A stretch of DNA of 64,000 nucleotides from Deltaproteobacteria bacterium (GTDB lineage: Bacteria; UBA10199; JACPAL01; JAHFST01), in the NCBI GenBank assembly GCA_023265625.1, contig JAHFST010000004.1, forward strand, positions 129,709-193,708, given 5' to 3'. This document shows positions 40,665 through 49,672 of this stretch, piece by piece; within the stretch, counting starts at the first letter, position 1; each line of letters opens with the position of its first letter. The translations under genes and the position numbers were made by a program. A model generated the notes under the pieces. It was not told where the DNA came from and did no database searches. It was given only the letters and a program-made list of their open reading frames with translations.

Positions 40665-41251
40665 GCCTTCTGTTGATCCCCCATCTCTTTCAAATGATAA
40701 TCAAAAAACAAAATCCACACGAGCAAGGCGAGTGTCAACAAGGCCCCGCCGAAAAAAGGCGTACTGGCGAGCAAGAAAGGCCAGAGATAAATAACGGGGC
40801 CACGTTGTTTGGCCATACGCACCAGATAAACACCGACATAGGCCCACATCACCACTTCCATCGTTTGAACTTCAAAAGTCGAAATAACCTGCCCCACGCG
40901 CAACGCCTGGTGCAGGACCACCGGCAACAGCCAGAATAACGACAAAAAAATCCACGCACGACCACGGATGTTTGTAGGGGCGACCCGGTGGGTCGCCCCC
41001 GTGATTTGCCAAAGATCCAACAAACTGATCATCGTGATTGGGAGGGCAAACACCTTATCGTAGGTAAGCCAGACAAAATGGGGATTCAGATAAGTCCCCA
41101 ACCAAATGGCGCCCAAAAAACAAACCAACCAATAACTCCCCCGGCGCCAATCTTGGCACAGCACCCAATGGCCGCTCCCGGGCAAGAGAACCCCGACCAA
41201 GTACCCGAGGCCATATTGCAAACGCGTCATTTTTTCGCCGTGGTCATTCAT
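40661..41251 (-). CDS. Hypothetical membrane protein, co-operonic with the SPL-like gene
   Basis: 196 aa with 5-6 TM helices. Its stop overlaps the upstream gene by ATGA-type coupling. Confidence 0.45.
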   Translation of the reverse strand: MNDHGEKMTRLQYGLGYLVGVLLPGSGHWVLCQDWRRGSYWLVCFLGAIWLGTYLNPHFVWLTYDKVFALPITMISLLDLWQITGATHRVAPTNIRGRAWIFLSLFWLLPVVLHQALRVGQVISTFEVQTMEVVMWAYVGVYLVRMAKQRGPVIYLWPFLLASTPFFGGALLTLALLVWILFFDYHLKEMGDQQKA

Positions 41252-41281
41252 CGTGTTTTATGATTCAATAGCCTTCTAATA

Positions 41282-42010
41282 ATGGCTGCTAACATCGACA
41301 AGGAGAAAAAGCAGCTCAACTTTCATTACGCCTTCACTTTACCGCAAAACCAGGTCAAAGAATTTCAGGTAGAACTTGATCCTGACTTGAATCTCATCAA
41401 AAGCCATCACGAGAGTTATCCCGATTGGACCAAACTCACGCATCATCAATGTGACAACTGTCCGCTCAAGCCGGAAGAACACCCTTATTGTCCCGCCGCC
41501 GTCGGCCTCGTCGATGTCATCGCGGCCTTCCAGACATCTACCTCCTTTGAAGAGGTGGATGTCCAGGTCGAATCCAAGGGCCGAACCTATGTCAAACATA
41601 CCTCGTTGCAAAAGGGACTCAGTTCTCTGATTGGGATCTATCTGGCGACCAGCGGGTGCCCCATCCTGGAAAAACTCAAACCGATGGTGCAGTTTCACCT
41701 TCCCTTCGCCACGCCCGATGAAACGATGTATCGCGCCATCTCCATGTACCTCGTGGCGCAATACTTTGTGCATAAACAAGGAAAGGTCCCAGACTGGGAG
41801 TTAGCGCACCTGACGGAACTTTACCAAGAAATCCACCAGGTCAACCGGGGTCTTGCCAAGCGGCTCCGCGAACTCCAACAAGGCGACGCCAATGTCAATG
41901 CCCTGGTCATTCTGGATTGCTTTGCCGAGGTCACCCAATTCTCCCTGAGCAAAAACAAGTTGGATGAGATCAAACGGATTTTTCAGGTGTATTTAGCATG
42001 CCCCGAGTGA
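41282..42010 (+). CDS. Hypothetical Cys-containing protein
   Basis: 242 aa with a HHQCDNCP...HPYCP motif. No family is recognised. It overlaps the trmL start. Confidence 0.4.
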   Translation: MAANIDKEKKQLNFHYAFTLPQNQVKEFQVELDPDLNLIKSHHESYPDWTKLTHHQCDNCPLKPEEHPYCPAAVGLVDVIAAFQTSTSFEEVDVQVESKGRTYVKHTSLQKGLSSLIGIYLATSGCPILEKLKPMVQFHLPFATPDETMYRAISMYLVAQYFVHKQGKVPDWELAHLTELYQEIHQVNRGLAKRLRELQQGDANVNALVILDCFAEVTQFSLSKNKLDEIKRIFQVYLACPE

Positions 42011-42441
42011 TCCTGCACCAACCGGAGATCCCGCAAAACACCGGCAACATCGGGCGGCTCTGCGTCGCCACCAACACCCCGCTCTATCTGGTGGAACCCC
42101 TGGGATTTTTTCTCGACGATGCCCAGATCCGCCGCTCCGGGCTTGACTATTGGCCCCATCTACAATTGCAGGTGGTCCCAAACTTTGCCACGATCAAACA
42201 ACAATTTCCAAAAAATCGTTTTTGGTTTCTCACCACGCGCACCCGGCGCACTTACACGTCCGTCCGTTTTCAACCGGACGATTTTTTGGTGTTTGGCTCC
42301 GAGAGTCGTGGCCTCCCCGAGGCCCTGTGGCGGGATTGCCCCGATGCGGTGATCTCGGTCCCGATGCCAGGACCCGTGCGCAGCCTAAACCTGGCCACCA
42401 CCGTGGGGATTGTGTTATACGAGGCATTGCGACAGCTATGA
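41998..42441 (+). CDS. trmL: tRNA (cytidine/uridine-2'-O)-methyltransferase TrmL (SPOUT)
   Basis: 147 aa. It has the IPQNTGNIGRLC and FGSESRGLP SPOUT motifs. Confidence 0.8.
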   Translation: MPRVILHQPEIPQNTGNIGRLCVATNTPLYLVEPLGFFLDDAQIRRSGLDYWPHLQLQVVPNFATIKQQFPKNRFWFLTTRTRRTYTSVRFQPDDFLVFGSESRGLPEALWRDCPDAVISVPMPGPVRSLNLATTVGIVLYEALRQL

Positions 42442-44372
42442 GCCTTAAAAAATCTAGATACCGACGTTCCCTGACTTCCATCGGCATGGCGTTTGGCATC
42501 GCCGGTATTTTATTAATCCTCTTCTACGCCTTTCCCTCCTCGAGCGGGGCCTGGATCCACCTGATTGAAAATAAAATCTTAGACTCGGAGTTTCGCAACA
42601 TCACACGTCCCCTGCAACCCGATCCCGCCATTGCGATTGTCGTGGTCAATGATACCGCCCTCACCGAGATGGAACCTCAGTATGGCCGCTGGCCGTGGCC
42701 GCGCCGGGCCATGGGGCAAATGGTGGAATATCTCCACCATGTCGGAGCGAGGGCGATGGCGATAGACATCCTCTATCCAGAGGCCCACCACCTCGATGCT
42801 GCCGGGGATCAATTTTTTGTCGATCAAGTCAAGGCCGCCGGTAATGTCGTCCTGGCTGCCGATTTTCCTGAACGCAACCCAAGCGCCGAACCAACCTCGA
42901 TAGATAGCCACGCCCTGACACGCTTTCAATTAAACAGCCTACCCAACACGCCGCTTCAGCTGCCAATCACGACAACACCTTTAATCCCGTTCCCGCAACT
43001 CTTGGCGGCCACCGCACAAATCGGTGGGATTCATTTTAATGCCGATCCTGACGGTCCTACGCGCCGTTACCGGCTGCTCTATTCTGTCAATAATGGCACG
43101 CAAGATTTATGCTTACCCAGCCTCGCTTTGGCCACCGCATTACAACTCAAAGTCCCAATCGATTGGCATCAATTGCTAGAGCCCGATGGCAGCTATTTGA
43201 TGAATTGGTACGGCCCTCATGGGACCTTCCCTTATATAGAGGCCAGTCGCTTGCTCCAAGCCTACCAAGAGTGGAAGCAAGGCGCGTCCGGCTCGCTCGA
43301 TCAAGAGGCTGCCGTTTTTTTTAAGGATAAGATCGTCTTGATCGGGGTGACCGCCACGGGGCTATTCGACCTACGTGCCACTCCCTTTTCGCCCATTTAT
43401 CCCGGAGTCGAGATCCATGCCACGGTGTTGTCAAATCTCATGCAACATCATTTCATCCGCGTCATCCCCCCCGCTGTGGGCATCCTCTATGTCTTGGGCA
43501 TCACGATCATCATGTCCTTAGTCGGCCGCTCGCTGCGCTCCCCGATTAAAGAAACACTCTTTATATTGTTCTTGGTGGGACTCATCATTACTTGTGGCCT
43601 CCTGAGTTTTGCTCACAACCTCTGGATCCCCATCGCCCTCCCCTTGTTGACATTATTTCTCATGGCCACCAGCACCATCTTCTGGAATTACTTCACCACC
43701 GGGCGTGAGAAACGATTCATCCGCGGGGCCTTTGCGCGTTATATCAATGAGGACGTCTTGGATGAGCTTTTGTCCGATCCGGAGAAGTTGGAACTGGGGG
43801 GCGAAAACGCCACCTTGACGGTACTTTTTTCCGACATTCGTGGTTTTACCTCCCTCTCCGAGAAACTCGCCCCCAATGAAGTCGTCGCCTTGCTCAATGA
43901 ATACCTTACGGCCATGGTCGATATCGTCTTTGAGTATCATGGCACCCTCGACAAATTTATTGGCGACGCCGTGATGGCCTTTTGGGGCGCCCCCATTAAA
44001 ACAGCAGACCACGCCGCAAGCGCCGTCCGGGCTGGACTGGCCATGCTCGCCAAGGCGCAAGAACTGCGCACCAAGTGGCTGGCGGAAGGTAAACCGGCCC
44101 TGGAAATCGGCATCGGAATCAACACCGCGGAGATCACGGTAGGGAACATCGGCTCCAGCCGATCCCAAAGCTACACCGTCATCGGCGACGGCGTTAATTT
44201 GGCCTCCCGTTTGGAATCGTTGAATAAGACCTATCACACTCATCTCATTATCAGTGAATTCACGTACGCACAGGTCAGGGATCAGGTAGAAGCGCGACTG
44301 TTGGATGATGTTCAGGTGAAAGGGAAGGAGCAAAGTGTGAAGATTTATGAGGTAACTGGGTGGAGAGGCTAA
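42438..44372 (+). CDS. CHASE2-sensor class III adenylate/guanylate cyclase
   Basis: About 644 aa from ATG (MSLKKSRY). It has a periplasmic CHASE2 region, 3-4 TM helices, and a cyclase homology domain (FSDIRGFTSLSE, FIGDAVMAFWGAP). Confidence 0.8.
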   Translation: MSLKKSRYRRSLTSIGMAFGIAGILLILFYAFPSSSGAWIHLIENKILDSEFRNITRPLQPDPAIAIVVVNDTALTEMEPQYGRWPWPRRAMGQMVEYLHHVGARAMAIDILYPEAHHLDAAGDQFFVDQVKAAGNVVLAADFPERNPSAEPTSIDSHALTRFQLNSLPNTPLQLPITTTPLIPFPQLLAATAQIGGIHFNADPDGPTRRYRLLYSVNNGTQDLCLPSLALATALQLKVPIDWHQLLEPDGSYLMNWYGPHGTFPYIEASRLLQAYQEWKQGASGSLDQEAAVFFKDKIVLIGVTATGLFDLRATPFSPIYPGVEIHATVLSNLMQHHFIRVIPPAVGILYVLGITIIMSLVGRSLRSPIKETLFILFLVGLIITCGLLSFAHNLWIPIALPLLTLFLMATSTIFWNYFTTGREKRFIRGAFARYINEDVLDELLSDPEKLELGGENATLTVLFSDIRGFTSLSEKLAPNEVVALLNEYLTAMVDIVFEYHGTLDKFIGDAVMAFWGAPIKTADHAASAVRAGLAMLAKAQELRTKWLAEGKPALEIGIGINTAEITVGNIGSSRSQSYTVIGDGVNLASRLESLNKTYHTHLIISEFTYAQVRDQVEARLLDDVQVKGKEQSVKIYEVTGWRG

Positions 44373-44374
44373 CA

Positions 44375-45595
44375 TCACCCTACCATTTTCCCCGCAAGCG
44401 GCAACGACTTAATATGCCCTTCAATAATCGCAATGACATGTTTCGATAAAGGCAGATGTTTGCGCTCGCTCCGCCAAACTTGACGAAAGCGTTGCACCGT
44501 TTCTTTGGCGGTATGGATTACCAATGGCTCCGGTAACCCGGCCTTCGCGGCCAAATAGGACAATTGTGACTGGGACAATTCCGCCATGCGCCTGGATTTG
44601 ACAAGCTTGAGCGCCATTTGCTCGTCGGGGATATAGCCGATGGTGGAAACAAAATCATAGCCTGGCGCCAATTTCGCCTTTCTCCGATCAGGATAGATGA
44701 GTGACCAATTTTTAAGGTGCATATCCGCATTGCCGATGAGGGTGTTAAACACCAAACGACGGATAAATTCGACAAGGCCGTCATGACCCGTCTCCTGCCA
44801 AAGCACTTCGGCAATTTTTTTGTAACTCCCCTTGCGGTATTTGTCGTCGGGATAGACGCCAAACACCTGAGCAAAGTCTTCCATGTGTACGGGACCGCTG
44901 CCGGTGCGGTCAAAACGACGCACCGCCAAAGCTGGTCCGTGCATGTCCCCGATATTCTCTGGCAAACCGGATATTCCATCCATATCAACCAGTCGCAGCT
45001 CCGGTATGTCCATGCCCATGTGCCGTGCCAGGGTCATCATAGAATATTCGTTTTCCGGCACCCCCACGAAGCGCGCGGATGGAAACTTCACAATCCACGA
45101 ACCACCCACCCCTTCGGCTGGAACCGTCAAACCCCCTTTGGCCTCCATGACAGCCGAAAATTTGAGCTGCACCCCCGCCAGCGAAAAACGCAGCACATTT
45201 TTGCGCGCGAGGGACACGCCGTCGGTCACGGCCGGGGGCCAAGTCGTGCCATCTGAAGGCTCAATCGTAACCGCCCCGGGCAAATCCCGCCCCAAGACCC
45301 ACAGTAGAAAAAATTCGCGACGGACATTGACCCCAGCACGGGCCGCCAAATAATCCCGTAAGTGTCCTTCGGGCAATAAATTGGAAAAAAAGGCCGGTAG
45401 TCTCATGCGAGTCGGCTGGATGTCGGTAATCAACCCACCCAAACGATCCTGAAAAGAAAGACTCAAGACCGGCCGCCGGGGATTGTCTTGGTAAGACTGG
45501 CTAAAGCTAAAGATCGTCTGCTCCCCCGGCAGGAAGGTCAATACCCCCAGGATTTCGCCATGCAACAAAACGTTTAGCGAGTGAATATCCGGCAT
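44375..45595 (-). CDS. hipA: HipA-family Ser/Thr kinase toxin
   Basis: 406 aa with HipA N- and C-terminal domain character. It lies directly downstream of an HTH protein. Confidence 0.7.
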   Translation of the reverse strand: MPDIHSLNVLLHGEILGVLTFLPGEQTIFSFSQSYQDNPRRPVLSLSFQDRLGGLITDIQPTRMRLPAFFSNLLPEGHLRDYLAARAGVNVRREFFLLWVLGRDLPGAVTIEPSDGTTWPPAVTDGVSLARKNVLRFSLAGVQLKFSAVMEAKGGLTVPAEGVGGSWIVKFPSARFVGVPENEYSMMTLARHMGMDIPELRLVDMDGISGLPENIGDMHGPALAVRRFDRTGSGPVHMEDFAQVFGVYPDDKYRKGSYKKIAEVLWQETGHDGLVEFIRRLVFNTLIGNADMHLKNWSLIYPDRRKAKLAPGYDFVSTIGYIPDEQMALKLVKSRRMAELSQSQLSYLAAKAGLPEPLVIHTAKETVQRFRQVWRSERKHLPLSKHVIAIIEGHIKSLPLAGKMVG

Positions 45596-45597
45596 CC

Positions 45598-45906
45598 TCA
45601 GACCTCGTCCTGCGACTCGTCATCCAGGGTGTAGGCGGGGCCGACGGCATAATCACGAGTGTCTTTGGCGGTCATCAATCCCTTCACCAACGCAATGTGC
45701 TGACGAGGCACCAACAGGACCTCCAACTCCAACATTCGCGTCATTTCAACAAAACTGCCCAACGTCACATTCACACGACCCGCCTCAATCTTGGATAGAT
45801 GGCTCTGAGGTATGCCGAGCTGACCTGCCAGTTCCCTTTGGGTCAACCCTTGTGCCACACGGGCTGCTTTGAGTTCTTGGATAAGTTGTTGGATGTTTAG
45901 ATTCAT
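45598..45906 (-). CDS. hipB: HipB-like HTH XRE antitoxin
   Basis: 102 aa with the helix-turn-helix segment QGLTQRELAGQLGIPQSHLSKIE. It is 3 bp upstream of hipA. Confidence 0.7.
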   Translation of the reverse strand: MNLNIQQLIQELKAARVAQGLTQRELAGQLGIPQSHLSKIEAGRVNVTLGSFVEMTRMLELEVLLVPRQHIALVKGLMTAKDTRDYAVGPAYTLDDESQDEV

Positions 45907-45972
45907 CTACTATATGTTAAAATATATAAATACTTTATAATATATACTGAAACATATCAAGAAGAAAGAGCC

Positions 45973-45986
45973 ATGTCAAATGACAT
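45973..45986. promoter_or_regulatory. Perfect palindrome ATGTCA-AA-TGACAT in the hipB/46068 divergent intergenic region
   Basis: Read directly from the sequence. It lies in an AT-rich promoter region. Confidence 0.3.
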
Positions 45987-46067
45987 CTCATCTCACTCCC
46001 CTGTCCGATAATGAACCTCAAATTTTTCATTGAGAATTTAACAGAACTATGATCCTCTCGCCCGCTC

Positions 46068-46370
46068 ATGAACAAAAAGTCTATTTTTTTCCCCAAAAGT
46101 TTTTTTCTGGCGGGCCTGTTTTTGGCCCTTCCCGTGTTGCAATCTGACGCCTTCGCCACCGGGAAAAAAGGCCTCTTTAGTTCCAGTTCGCGCGACCTCT
46201 CCGGCACCGCTGGAGTTCGCGGTGGCGATGTGATGGGAGATGCCATCAAGGAGGCCGCGCCAAATCCAAACGCCGTAAGAGCCATGGAGGCGCGGCGCGT
46301 CCCGACTGCTCAGTTGGAATCCTTTCAGCGTCAGGGTAAAGTGGGACATTTTGCGCGAGGGGGTTCATGA
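46068..46370 (+). CDS. Small secreted hypothetical protein
   Basis: 100 aa with a signal peptide. It is translationally coupled to the M48 peptidase gene. Confidence 0.45.
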   Translation: MNKKSIFFPKSFFLAGLFLALPVLQSDAFATGKKGLFSSSSRDLSGTAGVRGGDVMGDAIKEAAPNPNAVRAMEARRVPTAQLESFQRQGKVGHFARGGS

Positions 46371-47224
46371 GATTATTACACCGCAAAGTGGGCTTCGCCC
46401 TGCTGCTCGCTTCTTTGCCCTTGGCCAACGCCCATGCCTTCGGTTTTGACGTGATTGGGGCCGTTGGGACGATGGGAAAGATGGCGAAGGGGGCCACAAA
46501 GGTCGACTTGCAAGAAGAGCTCGCCATGGGACGGCAATTCTCCGGAATGATCCTCGGGGCCTTTGCCCCTAGCCACAATGCGGCCCTGAACACTTATGTC
46601 TCTCAGATAGGCCTGACCGTCGCGCAGGCGAGTGTCCGTCCCGATATGGACTACCATTTTCAAGTCATCTCAGCCCGCGACTCGTCGGGGGCCCCAATTG
46701 TCAATGCCTTCTCGACCCCAGGGGGTTTCATTTTTATCACGGAGGGTTTAATCAAGAGCCTTAACTCCGAGGCGGCGTTAGCCGGGGTATTAGCCCACGA
46801 AGTGGCTCACGTGGCGGAAAAACATGTCATCAAAGAGATTCATCGAAATAATGTTAAATCAGGCCTGCTAGAATTGGGTGGCAATGTGGCCTCCTCCGCA
46901 GGAGGCGTTGCAGGGGAGATCTCATCCGTATTGAGTTCCGCCCTGGTCAGCAACCTCTTTGAAAAGGGGCTCGACAAGGGGGATGAGTATCGTGCCGATG
47001 CAGCCGCGGTGGCATACGTCAGCAAGGCGGGCTATGACCCTCGTGGTTTGGTGATATTTCTCCAAACTATTGAAGCCAAAGAGGGTAAAAATTACAGCAC
47101 CCTACTTCGTACCCACCCCAAACCTCAGGACCGTATCGCCCGAATTGAAAAATTGATTAAGGATAAAAAAATATCATCAGAAGGTAAACAAACCTTGGCG
47201 GATCGTTGGAAAAGAAGCTCGTGA
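46367..47224 (+). CDS. M48-family zinc metallopeptidase (BepA/LoiP-like)
   Basis: 285 aa. It has a signal peptide and the HEVAHV zinc motif. Confidence 0.8.
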   Translation: MRLLHRKVGFALLLASLPLANAHAFGFDVIGAVGTMGKMAKGATKVDLQEELAMGRQFSGMILGAFAPSHNAALNTYVSQIGLTVAQASVRPDMDYHFQVISARDSSGAPIVNAFSTPGGFIFITEGLIKSLNSEAALAGVLAHEVAHVAEKHVIKEIHRNNVKSGLLELGGNVASSAGGVAGEISSVLSSALVSNLFEKGLDKGDEYRADAAAVAYVSKAGYDPRGLVIFLQTIEAKEGKNYSTLLRTHPKPQDRIARIEKLIKDKKISSEGKQTLADRWKRSS

Positions 47225-48555
47225 AAAAATTAATTCTTTTAACCTGTCTCCTGACCCTGACGCTTCCTCACGTCTCCCTGGCAGCGGACAACCATGGCAA
47301 GGCCGAGATCGCCTTCTCAGAAGGCCTGTTGCTCCACCACAAGAAGGACTTTAAGGGGGCGGAACAACGTTTTGCCAAGGCCGTGCAACTCGATCCTCGG
47401 CACAAGAATGCCACCTACTTTTTAGGCCTGTCTCAATCAGAACAGGAAAAATATGAGGCGGCCATCAAATCCTTCACGTCGGTGATCGCTTTGCAGACAG
47501 AAGAACCGGAGCCTTATTTTTATCGGGCCCTGGCTTACTACCATTTAAAAAAATCCCCAGAGGCCCTGGCTGATTTTCAAAAGGCACAAAAGCTGGCCCC
47601 TACCGGGCAGGTGAAGGATCTGGCAACGAGTTACATCCGCAGCATGACGCAGAAAGAAACCCCTCTGATCACGAGTTCCCCGAGTCAGGGCAGTTCACAT
47701 CGTTGGTTTGCCAATGGCAGTTTGACCACTCAATTCGACACCAATGTAACCCTAAATCCCGACGCCTCCTCTGCCGCAACCTTGCCGACGGATAAGAATG
47801 ATTTACAATTCGCCATGCGCGGGGGTGGCGGCTATCACATTATTCGCAAGGGGCACTACCGCCTCACTACCGAAGGCTCTTACTACCAGTCCATTTACAC
47901 AGACCTCGATCGCTTCAATTATGGCCTGTTGCACCTGGAGGCGAACAACCAGTTTAAGTTTGGCAATTTTTCCATCCGTACGCCCACCGGTTATGAATTT
48001 TCCCTTTTGGGTCGGGACAAGTACCTGGGCGCCTTTTTTATGAAGCCTACCTTCAGCTACTTGTTAGCCAATCGTTTACTCACGCAATTTTCGCCCCGAT
48101 TGCGTTACGAGGGATTTTTCCAGACCTTAACCAACCAGGCGCAGAATCGAGACGCATGGAATATTCAATTGGAAATCGACGAGTTTTTGATGGGAGAAGA
48201 TCAGAAACATTATCTCAAACTTTCCTACATCTATGAAAAGAACGCCGCCAAGGGCAACGATTGGGATTACCACGCGCACCGAATGGGGCTGGCCTTCCTG
48301 ACGCCGATTCCATGGGGGATTGACTTTGACATCCATACGGAATTTACGATTGATCGTAAGTTTGCGCATGTGGATTCCATCATTGGGACGCAACGAGATG
48401 ATTTTGGCCAGGCCTTTGGTTTGAGTCTATCACGTAAGCTCATGGATCATTTGTCGGTGCGAGGACATTATGACTTTTTCCGGAACACCTCAAACCAGTC
48501 GTTCTTCACCTATGGACGCCATATCGCGGGGGTTACTTTTGCGACATCTTTCTAA
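47206..48555 (+). CDS. TPR-repeat outer-membrane beta-barrel protein
   Basis: 449 aa. It has a signal peptide, N-terminal TPR repeats, and C-terminal amphipathic beta strands ending in ..TFATSF. Confidence 0.6.
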   Translation: MEKKLVKKLILLTCLLTLTLPHVSLAADNHGKAEIAFSEGLLLHHKKDFKGAEQRFAKAVQLDPRHKNATYFLGLSQSEQEKYEAAIKSFTSVIALQTEEPEPYFYRALAYYHLKKSPEALADFQKAQKLAPTGQVKDLATSYIRSMTQKETPLITSSPSQGSSHRWFANGSLTTQFDTNVTLNPDASSAATLPTDKNDLQFAMRGGGGYHIIRKGHYRLTTEGSYYQSIYTDLDRFNYGLLHLEANNQFKFGNFSIRTPTGYEFSLLGRDKYLGAFFMKPTFSYLLANRLLTQFSPRLRYEGFFQTLTNQAQNRDAWNIQLEIDEFLMGEDQKHYLKLSYIYEKNAAKGNDWDYHAHRMGLAFLTPIPWGIDFDIHTEFTIDRKFAHVDSIIGTQRDDFGQAFGLSLSRKLMDHLSVRGHYDFFRNTSNQSFFTYGRHIAGVTFATSF

Positions 48556-49672
48556 AAAAATCCTCAGCGCGGCTTGGTTGTTTTTAATCCCTGGGTCCGT
48601 GCAGGCGGCCGAGGTGATCGGTGAAGTGGTCTTTGTCAAGGGGGATGCCTCTGTCTTACGGTTGGACACCCCCAAGTCGAATCCGTTGGCATTTGGCGAG
48701 GCTATCTATCCAATGGATACCCTGCAAACCGGGACAGGGGAACTCAAGATCCTGTTTCACGACAAGACGATGCTCAGTTTGGGGGCGTCTTCCAAGGTGT
48801 TGCTCACGGAATATGTCTATAATCCAAAAAAGTCAGAGCGTCGTTCGATCTTGGATATCCTGAAGGGCACGGTGCGAACCATTGTGGATCAACCAACCGC
48901 CGCCCTGAAAATCAACGACGTTCGATTGCAAACACCCACAGCCGTTGCCGGCATTCGAGGCACCGATGTGGGAATTCACGTCGCCGCCAATGGCGCCAGC
49001 TCGCAGATCAGTTGTTTTTCAGGACTCATTGAAACTTACCTCAAAAGCAATCCGGAGCAGAGGCTCATGGTGCAGGCTGGTAATTCTATCGATATCCGTG
49101 GTGCCACGCTCCCACCCAGCCCAACAGCCATTCCAGAAAGTGTGACAAAACAATTTTCCAGTCAGGTGCAGGGACCGCCGCTTCGTGATGTCCTCAATCA
49201 GTCAGGGGGCGGATTCCGTGAATCGGAGAGGCAAACACCGCCACCACCCCCTCCGCCGCCGCCACCCAATCAACGATCGTCATCACAGTCCCCTCCTCCT
49301 CCACCTCAGCGACTCGAAGCTCGCGATCCAGAGCCGGATTCACCGCCACCTCCTCAAGAAGGACAAGAAGGACCGGATACATTTGATCCTCAGTCTAATC
49401 CGGAATCAGGCCCACCACCTCCACCCCCGCCACCTCCTATTGTGCCAGGTGGGGAAGATAGTACCCCAAACGAACTGGGGCCAGATTCTGGTGATACAAC
49501 TTCGGATGGTGGCACCACGACAGGAGGAACAACCTCCAGCCCAATCGATGTCCCGATTAGCTTTCCCTCCCCCCCTGAAACTATCAGCGGAGGAACAACC
49601 GGTGGAGGAACATCCTCCACACCACCCGTCATCAACGTCCCTGTCAGTTTTCCTGGAGGAACCAACACATGA
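48512..49672 (+). CDS. FecR-domain protein with a Pro-rich low-complexity C-terminus
   Basis: About 386 aa from MDAISRG. It has a signal peptide, a FecR-like beta-sandwich region, and a polyPro tail with the repeated motif (I/V)(D/N)VP(I/V)SFP. Confidence 0.6.
   Translation: MDAISRGLLLRHLSKKILSAAWLFLIPGSVQAAEVIGEVVFVKGDASVLRLDTPKSNPLAFGEAIYPMDTLQTGTGELKILFHDKTMLSLGASSKVLLTEYVYNPKKSERRSILDILKGTVRTIVDQPTAALKINDVRLQTPTAVAGIRGTDVGIHVAANGASSQISCFSGLIETYLKSNPEQRLMVQAGNSIDIRGATLPPSPTAIPESVTKQFSSQVQGPPLRDVLNQSGGGFRESERQTPPPPPPPPPPNQRSSSQSPPPPPQRLEARDPEPDSPPPPQEGQEGPDTFDPQSNPESGPPPPPPPPPIVPGGEDSTPNELGPDSGDTTSDGGTTTGGTTSSPIDVPISFPSPPETISGGTTGGGTSSTPPVINVPVSFPGGTNT

Noticed and set aside
42150-42437. 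Upstream extension of the CHASE2 cyclase ORF
   Set aside because: It overlaps trmL in another frame. The ATG at 42438 overlaps the trmL stop and is followed by the expected N-terminal TM helix.
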